From: a virus
Lineage: Duplodnaviria; Caudoviricetes
Length of the DNA: 57,787 nt
Reading direction: 5' to 3' (one strand)
Virus record (IMG/VR): IMGVR_UViG_3300044918_000111
Coordinates: 1 to 57,787 of that record
Shown here: positions 20,011 through 29,941 of the stretch, in pieces
How positions within the stretch are numbered: the first letter of the stretch is position 1
Layout: the number at the start of each line of letters is the position of its first letter
Position numbers and translations under genes: made by a program
The notes under the pieces: generated by a model
What the model saw: the letters and a program-made list of their open reading frames with translations, nothing else
Database searches by the model: none
Told to the model about the DNA's origin: nothing

Positions 20011-20087
20011 CCTGTTGTGCCCCATTTGAGGGGCTGTCCCGCGTCGCGCGGTCGTCCCCGGCGCCGGGCCGGGAAAGTCTTGGTTGG

Positions 20088-21113
20088 TCAGATGATGTAC
20101 CCGTACCGCTTCAGCAGTTCGCGGATACGCTCGGGAGACTCGGACGTTGTCATTTTCATGACGGATTCAGGCATCAAGCGGAGGGTGTTCGAGCGTCGGT
20201 AGCGTTCGTCGCCCACTTTGACGAGCTCAGAGCGTCCACGCCCCCACGCACCTCGAGCTGTCGTCCCTTCGAGAGTCGCGTACACCTGCAACGGTGAACC
20301 GTCAGGGCGAACGCCGATCGTGACCGGGCGGAGCCGGGATCGGCTGTACGAGCCGTCCGCACGCAGCGTGGACGTCTTATACGCACCCCGCCGTGCGTTT
20401 ACGACCTTGATCGGGTCAGCACCATTGCGGATCGCCCATGCGCCGGACTTCGTGAACACCCGGTCCTGTTCCACCTCAGTCATGGATTCGAAGTAGTCGG
20501 ACGGGTGCTGGAAGAACCCTTCAGGCGTTTCGTTGTCACGCAAAGGCATGGAGAAGCATCGGCATTCGGGGTGACGTTCGAAATCTGTCCTGTACCCCTT
20601 GACCCCGGCGAGGATCGCACATCGGGAGCACGCGCCCGGCGACACAACCCGCACCGAGTACAGGGCACCGTTCGCGACAGCCAACGTATTGTCGGCGGAT
20701 CTCCCTGCGTCCCGAATCGTGTTCGCGGCGAGGATCGACATCAGCGCGGTTCCGGCCTGGAACGCCGCCCCGACGCCCACGCCAGCGCCAATAAGGCGCT
20801 TCGTGTGCGTGACCCCGCTGTACAGCTCTGGGGCGATTTCACGGCCCTCACGGGTCACGCCACTGAATGACTGCGCCGCGAGCGCCGCCGTGCCGCCGAC
20901 TGTCGATGCGATGTAACCCGTCGCCTGTTGCGCAGCCTCAAGCTGAGCGGACGACACCGCGGCCGCCAATTGTGGCGCACGGGCCGTCCACTCGGACTCA
21001 AGACGGGCAGGATCAGCACGAGACCACTCCCGCGCCACCGAAGCGGCGGAGGTCATGGCTATCTCATCGACGGTCGAACGATGCTCCGCAGCGGTATCAA
21101 GCAGCCTGCCCAT
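20088..21113 (-). CDS. Minor head protein (MuF-like / capsid maturation)
   Basis: ACSRCAILAG…HPECRC motif; between portal and scaffold. Confidence 0.75.
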   Translation of the reverse strand: MGRLLDTAAEHRSTVDEIAMTSAASVAREWSRADPARLESEWTARAPQLAAAVSSAQLEAAQQATGYIASTVGGTAALAAQSFSGVTREGREIAPELYSGVTHTKRLIGAGVGVGAAFQAGTALMSILAANTIRDAGRSADNTLAVANGALYSVRVVSPGACSRCAILAGVKGYRTDFERHPECRCFSMPLRDNETPEGFFQHPSDYFESMTEVEQDRVFTKSGAWAIRNGADPIKVVNARRGAYKTSTLRADGSYSRSRLRPVTIGVRPDGSPLQVYATLEGTTARGAWGRGRSELVKVGDERYRRSNTLRLMPESVMKMTTSESPERIRELLKRYGYII

Positions 21114-22605
21114 CGGGGACCTCATCAAGTTCGTCCTGCAATGCACCGCGCGCACCCATCGCGAACATCATCGACTGATCCTTCTCGATCATCTTCATGA
21201 TGCGGGATAGGTCACCGGGGGATACGCCGTCGAGTTCAAGCAGATACTCGGTCGGATAGCCGATCGACTTCTTCTTCGCGAGAGCGTCGGTGAGCTGCGC
21301 TTCGGAACGAATCTCCGGGTTCGCCCAACGGAGCGACGCGAATCGTGTCTCCTTCGCGAGTTCCGTGTTCCCTCGGGCGAGATGCCCAAGCCGAATCACT
21401 TCCTTCAGCGCGGGTGTCGCGAACGTCTGGAACTCGATCGACTTCTTCACCAAGCCGATCTCAGACGCCTTCAGTCCCTCCGCAGACACATTCGACATGC
21501 CCGCCTTCGTCACCAGGTACGTCGGTGGCGTGCGGGTCTGCGCAGCTATATGCCCGACCATGATGCCGATCGCGTCCGTGAACACGTCCAGACGGGCAGG
21601 GTCCCACTGATCGATCTTCGCGTCCTTGCCGTTGAACACGGCAAACCGCTTCTCGTTCAGTTCCTGCATCGTCACCGGCGCCGAACCGATCGGCTTACCG
21701 TTCACATCGAGCAGTTGACGTTTCGGCGGGTCCGTGCCCAGCAGCACGCGTGCCGGCATGGACGCGTAGTCGGCGGCAAGGAACAGGTACGCCCACAGCA
21801 GGTTGATCGCGTTCTGCTTCGGCATCACCACGTCAAGCTCAGACACCGGGTCACCACGCAACAGAGGCCGATTCGGGATCTCCACGACCGGCACCGCGCC
21901 GATCGGGTTGTTGAGTGGCCACGTGTCATCCCCGCGCTCCACCCACGGCTCCCACCCGCCATCAGACGTGCGCTGAGTGCGTGCCTGATCCGCCCACGAG
22001 TCGCGTTCGTTCTTCGAGTTCCCGTAGCGTCGACGCCACTTCCACACCGTCAGCGGCATGTACAGGATCGCGAACTCATGATCGCCATCGATCCACGTCT
22101 TCAACGCGGCGCGACGAATACGCGGGTTCGCGAAGTCGTACTCGATCTCCACATTCGACGGGTGCTCCCACGAGAACGACGGCTCCACGTCATCGCCCTG
22201 ATCGACACCCCACACCGACACGTAGGAACGCTTCGCGACAAGCGACATGAGGATGCCCTGAGAAGCCTGAGCATCCATATCGTTCAGCAGCCAGTCGTCC
22301 CATGTGGAGAGTGAGATCGAATCCTTCGACTTCACATCGTCATTCCGGTAACGGATGCCGATCGGAGACAGGCGCTCGGCCTCCGCATTCGCGACAACGC
22401 CGCACCAGTTGTCGGAGAACTCCGAATACCGGGCGCCGTTGGCCTTCAGCCACTCATCGGTAGCGAACGTGAGGTTGTGCTGGCCGCCGTAGTAGCGTTC
22501 AGCCCGCTCGATCTCCGTACGACGCTCATTCAACCGTGGGTAGATCCGGTTCACCATTGCGAGCGCTTCGTGTGCGTCCGGGGATGCCGTGATGTCCATT
22601 GACAC
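21097..22605 (-). CDS. Portal protein (SPP1-type)
   Basis: YYGGQH, NWCGVV, VPVVEIPNR, NVSAEGL motifs. Confidence 0.9.
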   Translation of the reverse strand: MSMDITASPDAHEALAMVNRIYPRLNERRTEIERAERYYGGQHNLTFATDEWLKANGARYSEFSDNWCGVVANAEAERLSPIGIRYRNDDVKSKDSISLSTWDDWLLNDMDAQASQGILMSLVAKRSYVSVWGVDQGDDVEPSFSWEHPSNVEIEYDFANPRIRRAALKTWIDGDHEFAILYMPLTVWKWRRRYGNSKNERDSWADQARTQRTSDGGWEPWVERGDDTWPLNNPIGAVPVVEIPNRPLLRGDPVSELDVVMPKQNAINLLWAYLFLAADYASMPARVLLGTDPPKRQLLDVNGKPIGSAPVTMQELNEKRFAVFNGKDAKIDQWDPARLDVFTDAIGIMVGHIAAQTRTPPTYLVTKAGMSNVSAEGLKASEIGLVKKSIEFQTFATPALKEVIRLGHLARGNTELAKETRFASLRWANPEIRSEAQLTDALAKKKSIGYPTEYLLELDGVSPGDLSRIMKMIEKDQSMMFAMGARGALQDELDEVPDGQAA

Positions 22606-22614
22606 CCCTTTCAG

Positions 22615-24270
22615 TCAGAACCAGACGAGCGATTCCGTCTCTTCGTCTTCAGCCCCACCAGATGCGATGACATCCATGCGCGCCTCATGAGCGAGGACGC
22701 CAGACATGGTGATGTCGATCTTCTGAGGGTCCGATGCTTTACCGATCGAGTAACGCCGTATCTTGTTCACCGGGTCCACGGTCCCCGACCGGATGATCGC
22801 GTTGAGCAGATGCGCTTCCGCGTCCTTGTCCTGGTCGTGCGTGAAATCCGAATCCGGGTTGTACACGTCCGTGCGGAACCGTTCCAACGCCGCATGAATC
22901 TGCGTCGGACGGTTCGTCGCCCACTTCACGAACACACGCTCACCGTGCTCCCCAGCAAGCGCATTCGCCTCGGACTCCCAAAACATGGGGTCCCAGTAGA
23001 CACGCACCAGCGAATACGTCTCCGCGATCTCAGACCATGCGGCCATCACCTCAGCACGCGGAATCCGGCCGCCCCAATCTTGCGGACGCCAATGCGCCTT
23101 CCGTTTCGCCGCCCCATATGTCGGGGTGAACTGGTAGCCATCCATCGTCTCGAGCCGGATCGCAGAATGGTCCTCATTCTCGGAACCATCGAACCCGCCA
23201 CACACGCGAGTGCCCGGTGCGACCTCTTCGCGGAAGCCCTTCAGCGCCCACTTCTTCATGTCGAACCATGTGCCAGCGCCCGCCACGATCCGGTTGCCGA
23301 AGAACCGTTCAGCCTCACCGGGACTCACCTCAGCAAGCCCCTGCGACTCGGCCTCGATCGACCGCAGATCAACCCACGGAGATGAGGAATAGTTCCACCG
23401 GAAGATCTCGGTGCGGTCCTTCTTTACTCTGAAGTCCAGGTGCGCGGGCGGCGGGTAGTAATGCTTCAACACGTCCGCGCGCTTCGACTCGTGCGTGTCC
23501 TGCGCCTGCGACGACTCGGCAGGGTTGTACGGGTTCGTCGTCTCCGACACTCGCCCACCCATACCAGCGGCGCCACGGCGCAGCGTGCGCATGAACTTCT
23601 TCATGCTGTTCTGATCAGTCCACAGACCGGTCTCATCCGGCTTCCCGCAAGAGATACGAGCACCGAGCTTGCCGTCGGCCTTCGAAGTCACGATCTCGAT
23701 ACGCGAGTCACGGTTCCCGTTCGGGTGGCGGATAAACGCCTCGCCGGTCTTCGTGATCACGTTCGACAGTGGGCCGTCATCGATCATCGGGATGAGAGCG
23801 CCCCAGGTGTTCTCCACCTGATCCTCAACGACCGCCGCAAGCTGGATGCGGGGAGTTGGCCAATGCCTGCCCATCGGCTCGCCAACCTCGTAGAGGTACA
23901 CCCCACCGCACGGACACCCATGGTCGGAGCATGCGTAGTAGTCGCCCTCTTCCGCGCGGCCGTCATACAGCGCCGGGCCCACGAATTCCAAGCACGTCTC
24001 TGCAGCGACACCAGGAGACTTCCCGATCTTCTGCGCGGCCATCCACTGCCCGGTGCGGTAACGAAACGCGACGTTACGCTCCCCCGGCTTCGCAGACGGG
24101 CGAACCTCATACCAATTCGCGATCCACACGCGGTGATCCAGCGTCGGAACGAACGGATCGCCCGCATTGTCACCGTCAGGAATCACGCAGTGACGTTCGA
24201 TCCACCACATGCCGAGGTAACCCAAGGAACGCGTACGCGGAGGAATCCGATACTCAGGTGCCTTCGCCAT
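22615..24270 (-). CDS. Terminase large subunit
   Basis: QKIGKS P-loop, DETGLW Walker B, GFDGS…D and KID nuclease motifs. Confidence 0.92.
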   Translation of the reverse strand: MAKAPEYRIPPRTRSLGYLGMWWIERHCVIPDGDNAGDPFVPTLDHRVWIANWYEVRPSAKPGERNVAFRYRTGQWMAAQKIGKSPGVAAETCLEFVGPALYDGRAEEGDYYACSDHGCPCGGVYLYEVGEPMGRHWPTPRIQLAAVVEDQVENTWGALIPMIDDGPLSNVITKTGEAFIRHPNGNRDSRIEIVTSKADGKLGARISCGKPDETGLWTDQNSMKKFMRTLRRGAAGMGGRVSETTNPYNPAESSQAQDTHESKRADVLKHYYPPPAHLDFRVKKDRTEIFRWNYSSSPWVDLRSIEAESQGLAEVSPGEAERFFGNRIVAGAGTWFDMKKWALKGFREEVAPGTRVCGGFDGSENEDHSAIRLETMDGYQFTPTYGAAKRKAHWRPQDWGGRIPRAEVMAAWSEIAETYSLVRVYWDPMFWESEANALAGEHGERVFVKWATNRPTQIHAALERFRTDVYNPDSDFTHDQDKDAEAHLLNAIIRSGTVDPVNKIRRYSIGKASDPQKIDITMSGVLAHEARMDVIASGGAEDEETESLVWF

Positions 24271-24724
24271 CGACAGTGACCGCCTTCAACCAATCGCCAG
24301 ACGACGTCTTACGAGCAGCCTTCTTCGCCGGAACCACCGGAGCGCTCGGAGCGTCAGCAATCTGCCAACGCAACATCCGCATCCCCGGGATCGTCAAGCC
24401 AAGCTCGCCGGCCATCCGCAGAACAGCCGTCCGCAATCCTGCAGACGCCTCGGGCTGCGCGGCTTCCAGGTACGACCGCACATAGAGAGCAACCTGATCG
24501 CCCATATCGAGTGCCGACCACTCCTGCGCCTGCGGCATCCGCCACAGCCGAGCCCACATGTCAACCTCATCGAGGTTGTCAGGCTCAAACGGCCACGCCG
24601 GAGCCTCGCCCTGAAATCCGCCAGCAGGCAAAGTGACCCACGCCGCATCATCCTTTCGATCCCGGCGAGCCGCCATCGGATCAGGGGCAGGGCCAGAACG
24701 AGCACGAGCGCCACCAGAAGCCAT
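24254..24724 (-). CDS. Terminase small subunit
   Basis: MASGGARARSGPAPDP, WARLWRMPQA, ELGLT motifs; directly upstream of terL. Confidence 0.8.
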   Translation of the reverse strand: MASGGARARSGPAPDPMAARRDRKDDAAWVTLPAGGFQGEAPAWPFEPDNLDEVDMWARLWRMPQAQEWSALDMGDQVALYVRSYLEAAQPEASAGLRTAVLRMAGELGLTIPGMRMLRWQIADAPSAPVVPAKKAARKTSSGDWLKAVTVDGEGT

Positions 24725-24821
24725 GAAGAACACCCCCAGCAGGACGTATAAGGATCGAAGGGAACATTCGAACATCAGAGCGATCAGAGACCTTTTGAAC
24801 CCGCCAGAGGTTTTTTGGCCC

Positions 24822-24831
24822 TCACCGGCGA
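24822..24831 (-). other. Candidate cos site (TCGCCGGTGA)
   Basis: Lies in the HNH-terS intergenic gap and is flanked by 11-bp direct repeats; inferred from position. Confidence 0.5.
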
Positions 24832-24904
24832 CTCTTTGTAGCATCGGCGTGACGGGGTGCACCCCCGGGCCGGCGAGGCGATATTCGAACATCCCTCCAC
24901 CCGG

Positions 24905-25243
24905 TTAGGCGTTCCAGCCTCCGGGTTGCAGCCGCGCAGTCTCGATAGAGTGGCAGCGATGACACAAGCCGCGTCCGTATTGCGGATCGTTGGGGTTGAG
25001 TCCGAGCCGTTCGAGTTCGCGGCGGTCTTGCGGGTGATGGTCTGCGACGGTGGCGATGCCGGCATGACAGAGGACGCAGACGGGATCGCGTGCGAGGACT
25101 GCTGCGCGGAACTCTCGGTGTCCTGCGGTTGAGTACACGCGGTTGTCTACCCGCTTGGCCCTGGCCTCTCGGCTGTGGTCGTCGCAGCGCCCTCCTGGTC
25201 CATTGAATAGTTCCCCGCATCCGTGGACGTTGCAGGCTTTCAT
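24905..25243 (-). CDS. Terminase-associated HNH endonuclease
   Basis: RDPVCVLC…ADH…GLCHRCHSIET. Confidence 0.85.
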   Translation of the reverse strand: MKACNVHGCGELFNGPGGRCDDHSREARAKRVDNRVYSTAGHREFRAAVLARDPVCVLCHAGIATVADHHPQDRRELERLGLNPNDPQYGRGLCHRCHSIETARLQPGGWNA

Positions 25244-25497
25244 GGGGTCAGTCGTCTTCCGCTCGGTCGAGAAGGTTGTTCGTCAAGAGATGCATACGCG
25301 CCTCGATCGCGGCGCGCTCGGCTTCCGCGAGATCATCGAGTTGCCCGATGTGGTGAGAGATGGGCTATCAGGCCCTCTGGCGAGTTCGTACGCGACTCAG
25401 CGCTTGCGGTGCCGCAGGTCGACTGCCCAGGTGACCCAGAGCATGGTGACCGTGCCTGCCGCGTATCCGGTGAGCAGCGTCTGGATGAGGAGTTCGC

Positions 25498-25773
25498 TCA
25501 TCGCGGGTCCTTTCCGAGGCGTCGTCGTAGTCCGCGTGTTGCTTCGGTTTGGGTCTTTGCCTTGTGGCATGGCTCGCATGCGGCTTGGCCGTTGTCCAGG
25601 TCGTAGCGTGCGCCACCTTCAGCGACTGGCGTGATGTGATCCGCGTCAGTGGCCCTGCGTGTGCAGTGCGGGCCGCGGATCTGGCAGATGCCTTTGTCGC
25701 GTCGGAGTACGGCCGCTCGCCACGTCTTGTGACCGGCGTCGGCGGCGTGCGTGCGAGGTGACCAGTGATGCAC
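25498..25773 (-). CDS. HNH endonuclease
   Basis: RDKGICQI…DADHI…DNGQAACEPCHKAKT. Confidence 0.8.
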   Translation of the reverse strand: MHHWSPRTHAADAGHKTWRAAVLRRDKGICQIRGPHCTRRATDADHITPVAEGGARYDLDNGQAACEPCHKAKTQTEATRGLRRRLGKDPR

Positions 25774-25905
25774 AGTGTGGTCGTCGCAGTATCGGGTGTT
25801 GGTGATGCGGTTGTTGCACCCTGGGGTCGGGCATTGGCGAGGGGCTCTCGGAGATGTCCGTTCCGCTCTCCGCGGGAGTTGCGGCCCTTGTTCACACTGC
25901 CTCGC

Positions 25906-26100
25906 ATGGCCGAACTGGAAGACCTTCGCGAATCATCCGCCGCGCTCGCCCGCCTTGACGAACGCCGGGCTGGCCAAGTCGCCTACCGCGATGAACTCGT
26001 GCGCAAAGCACTATCGAACGGGGCGACGTGGCCGCAGGTCATGGATGCTGCCGGGCTGTCACGCCGTGGTGTCCAACAGGCGATCCGGCGTCAAGCCTGA
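25906..26100 (+). CDS. Small HTH protein, antisense moron
   Basis: RDELVRKALSNGATWPQVMDAAGLSRRGV HTH; CACACT, 7 nt, ATG. Confidence 0.7.
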   Translation: MAELEDLRESSAALARLDERRAGQVAYRDELVRKALSNGATWPQVMDAAGLSRRGVQQAIRRQA

Positions 26101-26834
26101 GTGTCAAAGTGTGGCGACTCAGTCTTCGTCCCAGCGCGCGACTGGTCGCATGACCCTGGGGCTGACGTGTCCTTTGCGGGCGGCTACCGTGTCGGCGAAG
26201 TCGGCTTCTTCGCAGAGCATCATGGCCCGGTAGCTGGGGTAGGTTTCGTTGCAACCCTCACAGGTGTATCCGATGTCGGTGCGTGCGGCGGCGGCAACAG
26301 CTTTGATGTCGCTCACGGTTCCTCCATCAGCACGCCGTTGTGCCAGGTGCGGTGTTTGGGTGCCCATCCTGCTGGTGTGGCCGGTGGGATGCGGGTGAGC
26401 GTCCATACGATGGCGGGTTGCCAGATCGTGTAGGCGAGGATGCTGAGGGTGATGCCGGCTGCGACGCCGAGGATGGTTCTCATTGCAGTGCCAGACAGGC
26501 GAGTGTGAAGTCGGGGTCGGATTCGAGCCAGGGTTGCCGTTTGGCGAGCTCGAGCATGGCGTCGAGTGTGGCCGCCCATGTCATGCCGAGCATGGTGCCC
26601 CCGTTCGGGTGAGGACTGCTGGGATCGAAGGGGAAAGAGTGCCCGACCGCGTGCCCGTGCTGTGTCGATTCTCGAGACGGAGGGGTCGGGAAGATGCGCC
26701 CCGTTCGGGTCGTGGACGGTGCTCCGTCTCGCCGTTCGGGGTCTTCTGTGAGGGGTGCACCATCGCGGCATCCGGGAAGCGTGTACTTGGCCTGTCGGCT
26801 CAGTCGCTTATCCGGTCGCGTTGACCTCGCATTG

Positions 26835-26908
26835 TGCCGCCACGAGGTCTCGAACCCCGCACCCTCCGCTTACAAGGCGGACGCTCTAGCCAGATGAGCT
26901 ATGGCGGC
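26835..26908 (-). tRNA. tRNA-Thr(TGT), CCA not encoded
   Basis: Full cloverleaf: acceptor GCCGCCA/TGGCGGC, D stem GCTC/GAGC, anticodon arm TCCGC-CTTGTAA-GCGGA, T arm CGGGG-TTCGAGA-CCTCG, A73. Confidence 0.95.
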
Positions 26909-27079
26909 ATGACGGCCAAGGCGGATGCCTGCTCCGTCGTGTGACAGCGGTGAGCCTGTGGCTCTGGCTGTATTTGTGCGGCGCACGGCTGGGGGCCTGT
27001 GCGCATTGTTGCCGCATGCCTTTGCGGCTCCTACGACCGACCTATTGCCACGTGTCAGGTGAGCGGGCCGGGAGGTACT

Positions 27080-27107
27080 AAAAAAGCCACCCTCGTGATG
27101 AGTGGCG
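27080..27107 (-). terminator. Intrinsic terminator at the early/late junction
   Basis: GCCACTC-ATCAC-GAGGGTGGC followed by T6. Confidence 0.7.
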
Positions 27108-27163
27108 GCTGTGCGGCTGGCTGAACATAGTTCTTGAGCCTCGCGGCTAGAGTATCAGATTTC

Positions 27164-27358
27164 TCACATTGTTTTGCGCGGCCTCCCCGGCATGTTCTTC
27201 TTCTGTTTCCGCAAGTCGGAGATGTTGAACCAGAGCACATCGCCGGGTCTGAGCGTGCGGACTTTCCCGTGTCTCGCCCACCGGTAGATGGTCTTCTCGG
27301 ATCTGCCTGTGATGGTTACAGCGTCATCAAGCTGCGCCCAGTCGTCGAGTGCCCCCAA
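27164..27358 (-). CDS. Small wHTH DNA-binding protein
   Basis: DAVTITGRSEKTIYRWARHGKV; last early gene. Confidence 0.75.
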   Translation of the reverse strand: MGALDDWAQLDDAVTITGRSEKTIYRWARHGKVRTLRPGDVLWFNISDLRKQKKNMPGRPRKTM

Positions 27359-27869
27359 TGTGCTTCTTCCCCTCCTCGATGAGCAACGTCATCAGATCCG
27401 TGAATTTCTCTTCGGTGATTTCGGCGCGGCATTCGGTGCATGCGATGTGCACGTTGTCGCCGTCGAACTGTGGTGGCCGGTATCGGATGGTCTCCCCGGC
27501 GCACTCCTGACAACGAACGTGCCTGACTGCGTGGGGTTTGTCTTCGATGGGCCACCTTGCGAGTGCGGTCTCAACTTCGCGCGTGAACTGCATCGCGATG
27601 TCTTTGCCGTAGTCGTCGTTCGCGACGTCCTCGAGGTCTGTCCAGTACCTGAGCTCTCGGGACAGGCGGGTGATCTCTTCTGCGGCGAGCCACGTCGGTG
27701 GCAGGTTGATGGACGAGTCCGCCGAGGGCGACCTGACCTCTTCCACAGTTCCCTTGATGTAGCCGGCCACCCGGAACCAGGGGACGACGATCAACGACTT
27801 GTCCACGGCGATGCGGAACCGGCGCCATTCCTCCCATGTGAGGTAGCCGACGTTCTCGTGTTCAGGCAT
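27327..27869 (-). CDS. Zn-ribbon protein (candidate late regulator)
   Basis: C-terminal CQEC…CTEC; position at the end of the early operon. Confidence 0.65.
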   Translation of the reverse strand: MPEHENVGYLTWEEWRRFRIAVDKSLIVVPWFRVAGYIKGTVEEVRSPSADSSINLPPTWLAAEEITRLSRELRYWTDLEDVANDDYGKDIAMQFTREVETALARWPIEDKPHAVRHVRCQECAGETIRYRPPQFDGDNVHIACTECRAEITEEKFTDLMTLLIEEGKKHIGGTRRLGAA

Positions 27870-28473
27870 TCTTGGCTCCCTCGTGTTTGGTGTACCGGTG
27901 CATGAGTTCGGCTGGCACCGGGTACTCGGCTGCCAGCTTCTCGATGTGCTCGCGCAACGCGGGGCTTTCTCGGAACCATTCGCGTCCGCGCGCCAGGTCG
28001 CGGACGAACTGCCCGTGTCGTTTGTGTTCCGTCTCGGTGGTGCCCGGTTCAACGGCGAGTAGTTCTGTCCCTGGCGGGTAGTGGCGGGATCGTTGCCGCA
28101 GGTTGGCGGTGTAACCGATCTTGATCTGACCGTTGATGCGCATGTAGTACACGAACCCGGTCGACTCAGGGTCGGCCTTGAGCCGACGGTTGTTCTGCAC
28201 AACTTCCTGTTTCGCGAGCTCGGTTCGCTTGCGCGCTTCCCGGTACATGGCTACAGACATCTCGGGCATCGCGACAAACTTCTCAAGGTTGCCGAGGATC
28301 TCGATCTGACATCTCATGCAGATCGTGCCGTGTTCGTACTCCTCCTTGAGGTCGCGGTGCTTGAAGGTGCGATGCTTGCCCCACGAGCAGTAGAACGCCT
28401 CCGAAGCCGGCCATTGCTTCTTCTTGCGCTGACGACGGCTTGGCCCCCGCATGGGGAACTGGATATCGCTCAT
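27862..28473 (-). CDS. GIY-YIG/T5orf172-like protein
   Basis: FVYY…IKIGYTANLRQR…E…H…F…REWF. Confidence 0.75.
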   Translation of the reverse strand: MSDIQFPMRGPSRRQRKKKQWPASEAFYCSWGKHRTFKHRDLKEEYEHGTICMRCQIEILGNLEKFVAMPEMSVAMYREARKRTELAKQEVVQNNRRLKADPESTGFVYYMRINGQIKIGYTANLRQRSRHYPPGTELLAVEPGTTETEHKRHGQFVRDLARGREWFRESPALREHIEKLAAEYPVPAELMHRYTKHEGAKNA

Positions 28474-29482
28474 CCCCTCACCTTCACGGGTTTCGGGAGG
28501 GTGAGGTCATCGACGGCCTCGAGCAGTTCGGTCATGCTGCGTCCTTTCGGTCGTTGAGTGTGTCCCAGTGGCACGGGCACTGACACGGGACTTCTTCGTC
28601 TGCGTCGTCGTCCCATGCCGTGTCGGGGTGCAGCGGGTGTTTCCCGTCGCGGCAGTCGGGGGACTTGAGTTCGGTCACGGGTTTTCCTCTCGGTCGACGA
28701 CGTACGCTCCGAGCGCTTCGCCGGTGTCGGGGTCGTCGATTCGCGAGTACCGTTCCCCCGCGATGACGATGTACGGCGGTTCGCGACGCAGATTCGGCTT
28801 GGCGTTATGGAACCGTCCGCCGAGAAGGACTACCTCAGGCATCGGGTGCCTCCTCTCGTGCTCGGGCTCGGTCGCGTGCCCGTTGCCGTTCTCCGTTGTT
28901 GCGGGCGCGTTCGGCCATGCGCCCGTCGTGGTAGGCGCGTGCGTACACCCTGGACACGGCATCGTGGAGTGCGTACGCGCCACTGTCGTCCAGCACCTCA
29001 CGGTTCGAGAACTTCTGGGCGTCTCGGTGCTCGTTGTCGATGTACCGGTCGATGATCTCGACGACCTCGATCGGGACCGGCGTCGGGTAGTCGCTCATCG
29101 GTCTGTCTCCTGTATCTCGACATCGGCCCCGTCGATTCCGGGATACCGATGCCAGAGGTGCAGGCACAAGTCGCACGACACCTCGGCGGGATCACGTGTC
29201 GTGAACTCGAATGACGATGCGCCGCTGCCGTGCAAGCTCGTCGGCGCGTCCAATTCCAGATGAATCTTCATTGCTCGTCCCTCCGGATCTCGACATCCGG
29301 CTTCGTCAGGCGTGCGACGATGTCGCTCGCGCTTTCGAGCAGGACGACCTGAGCGACGGCGGTCGCGCCGTCTGCCTGCTCTGTCCAGGAGCTGACATCG
29401 TTGATGTGCTCGCACGCTTCGATGGCCCGCTTCTTCGAGCGGAACGGCCCCGCCACAGTCGCGACTAGCGTGAAGTACTGCA

Positions 29483-29941
29483 TCATCGCTCCTCTCGACT
29501 ACGGATCTCGTGATTGGTGGTCTCCTGGTATGCCGCGATCCGCTCGGCAACCCAGATCGCGCTCAGCGACCCGTCGTAGCTGTCGTCGTCCGCATCGAGC
29601 AGTTCGACGGCGTTGGCGCGGATCTCGGCCAGCACCTTCTCGGCGGCATCCGCCCGATGCAACCACTCGTCCCGCCGTTCGATCAGCACGTCCCGGTGAG
29701 CCTGTAGCTGCTCTACGGTCTTCTCTGCCTGCTCCAAGCGGTCCAGGAGGGCGAGGACGGCGATGGGCTGGAATGCTGCGATGTGCGCGGCGTCCGCGAG
29801 CAAGGCCGCCTGACCGACAGATACGTCCGGATCGTGCGGCTCACCACCCGCGCCGATGTAGTGCGCTCCCCGATGCCACGGCCCCGGTGTTGCCGCTTCT
29901 GCCACCTTGCGCAGAGCCTGGGGGTCAAGCTGAGCGGTCAT
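29483..29941 (-). CDS. Ea22/Ead-like protein
   Basis: AEAATPGPW…DAAHIAAFQPIAVLALLDRLE. Confidence 0.75.
   Translation of the reverse strand: MTAQLDPQALRKVAEAATPGPWHRGAHYIGAGGEPHDPDVSVGQAALLADAAHIAAFQPIAVLALLDRLEQAEKTVEQLQAHRDVLIERRDEWLHRADAAEKVLAEIRANAVELLDADDDSYDGSLSAIWVAERIAAYQETTNHEIRSREER

Noticed and set aside
26500-26510. 11-nt complementarity between the mini-tRNA linker (CGAGTGTGAAG) and a late mRNA, as for C4-type antisense RNA
   Set aside because: A single short match found post hoc, compatible with chance; worth rechecking only if conserved in homologues.
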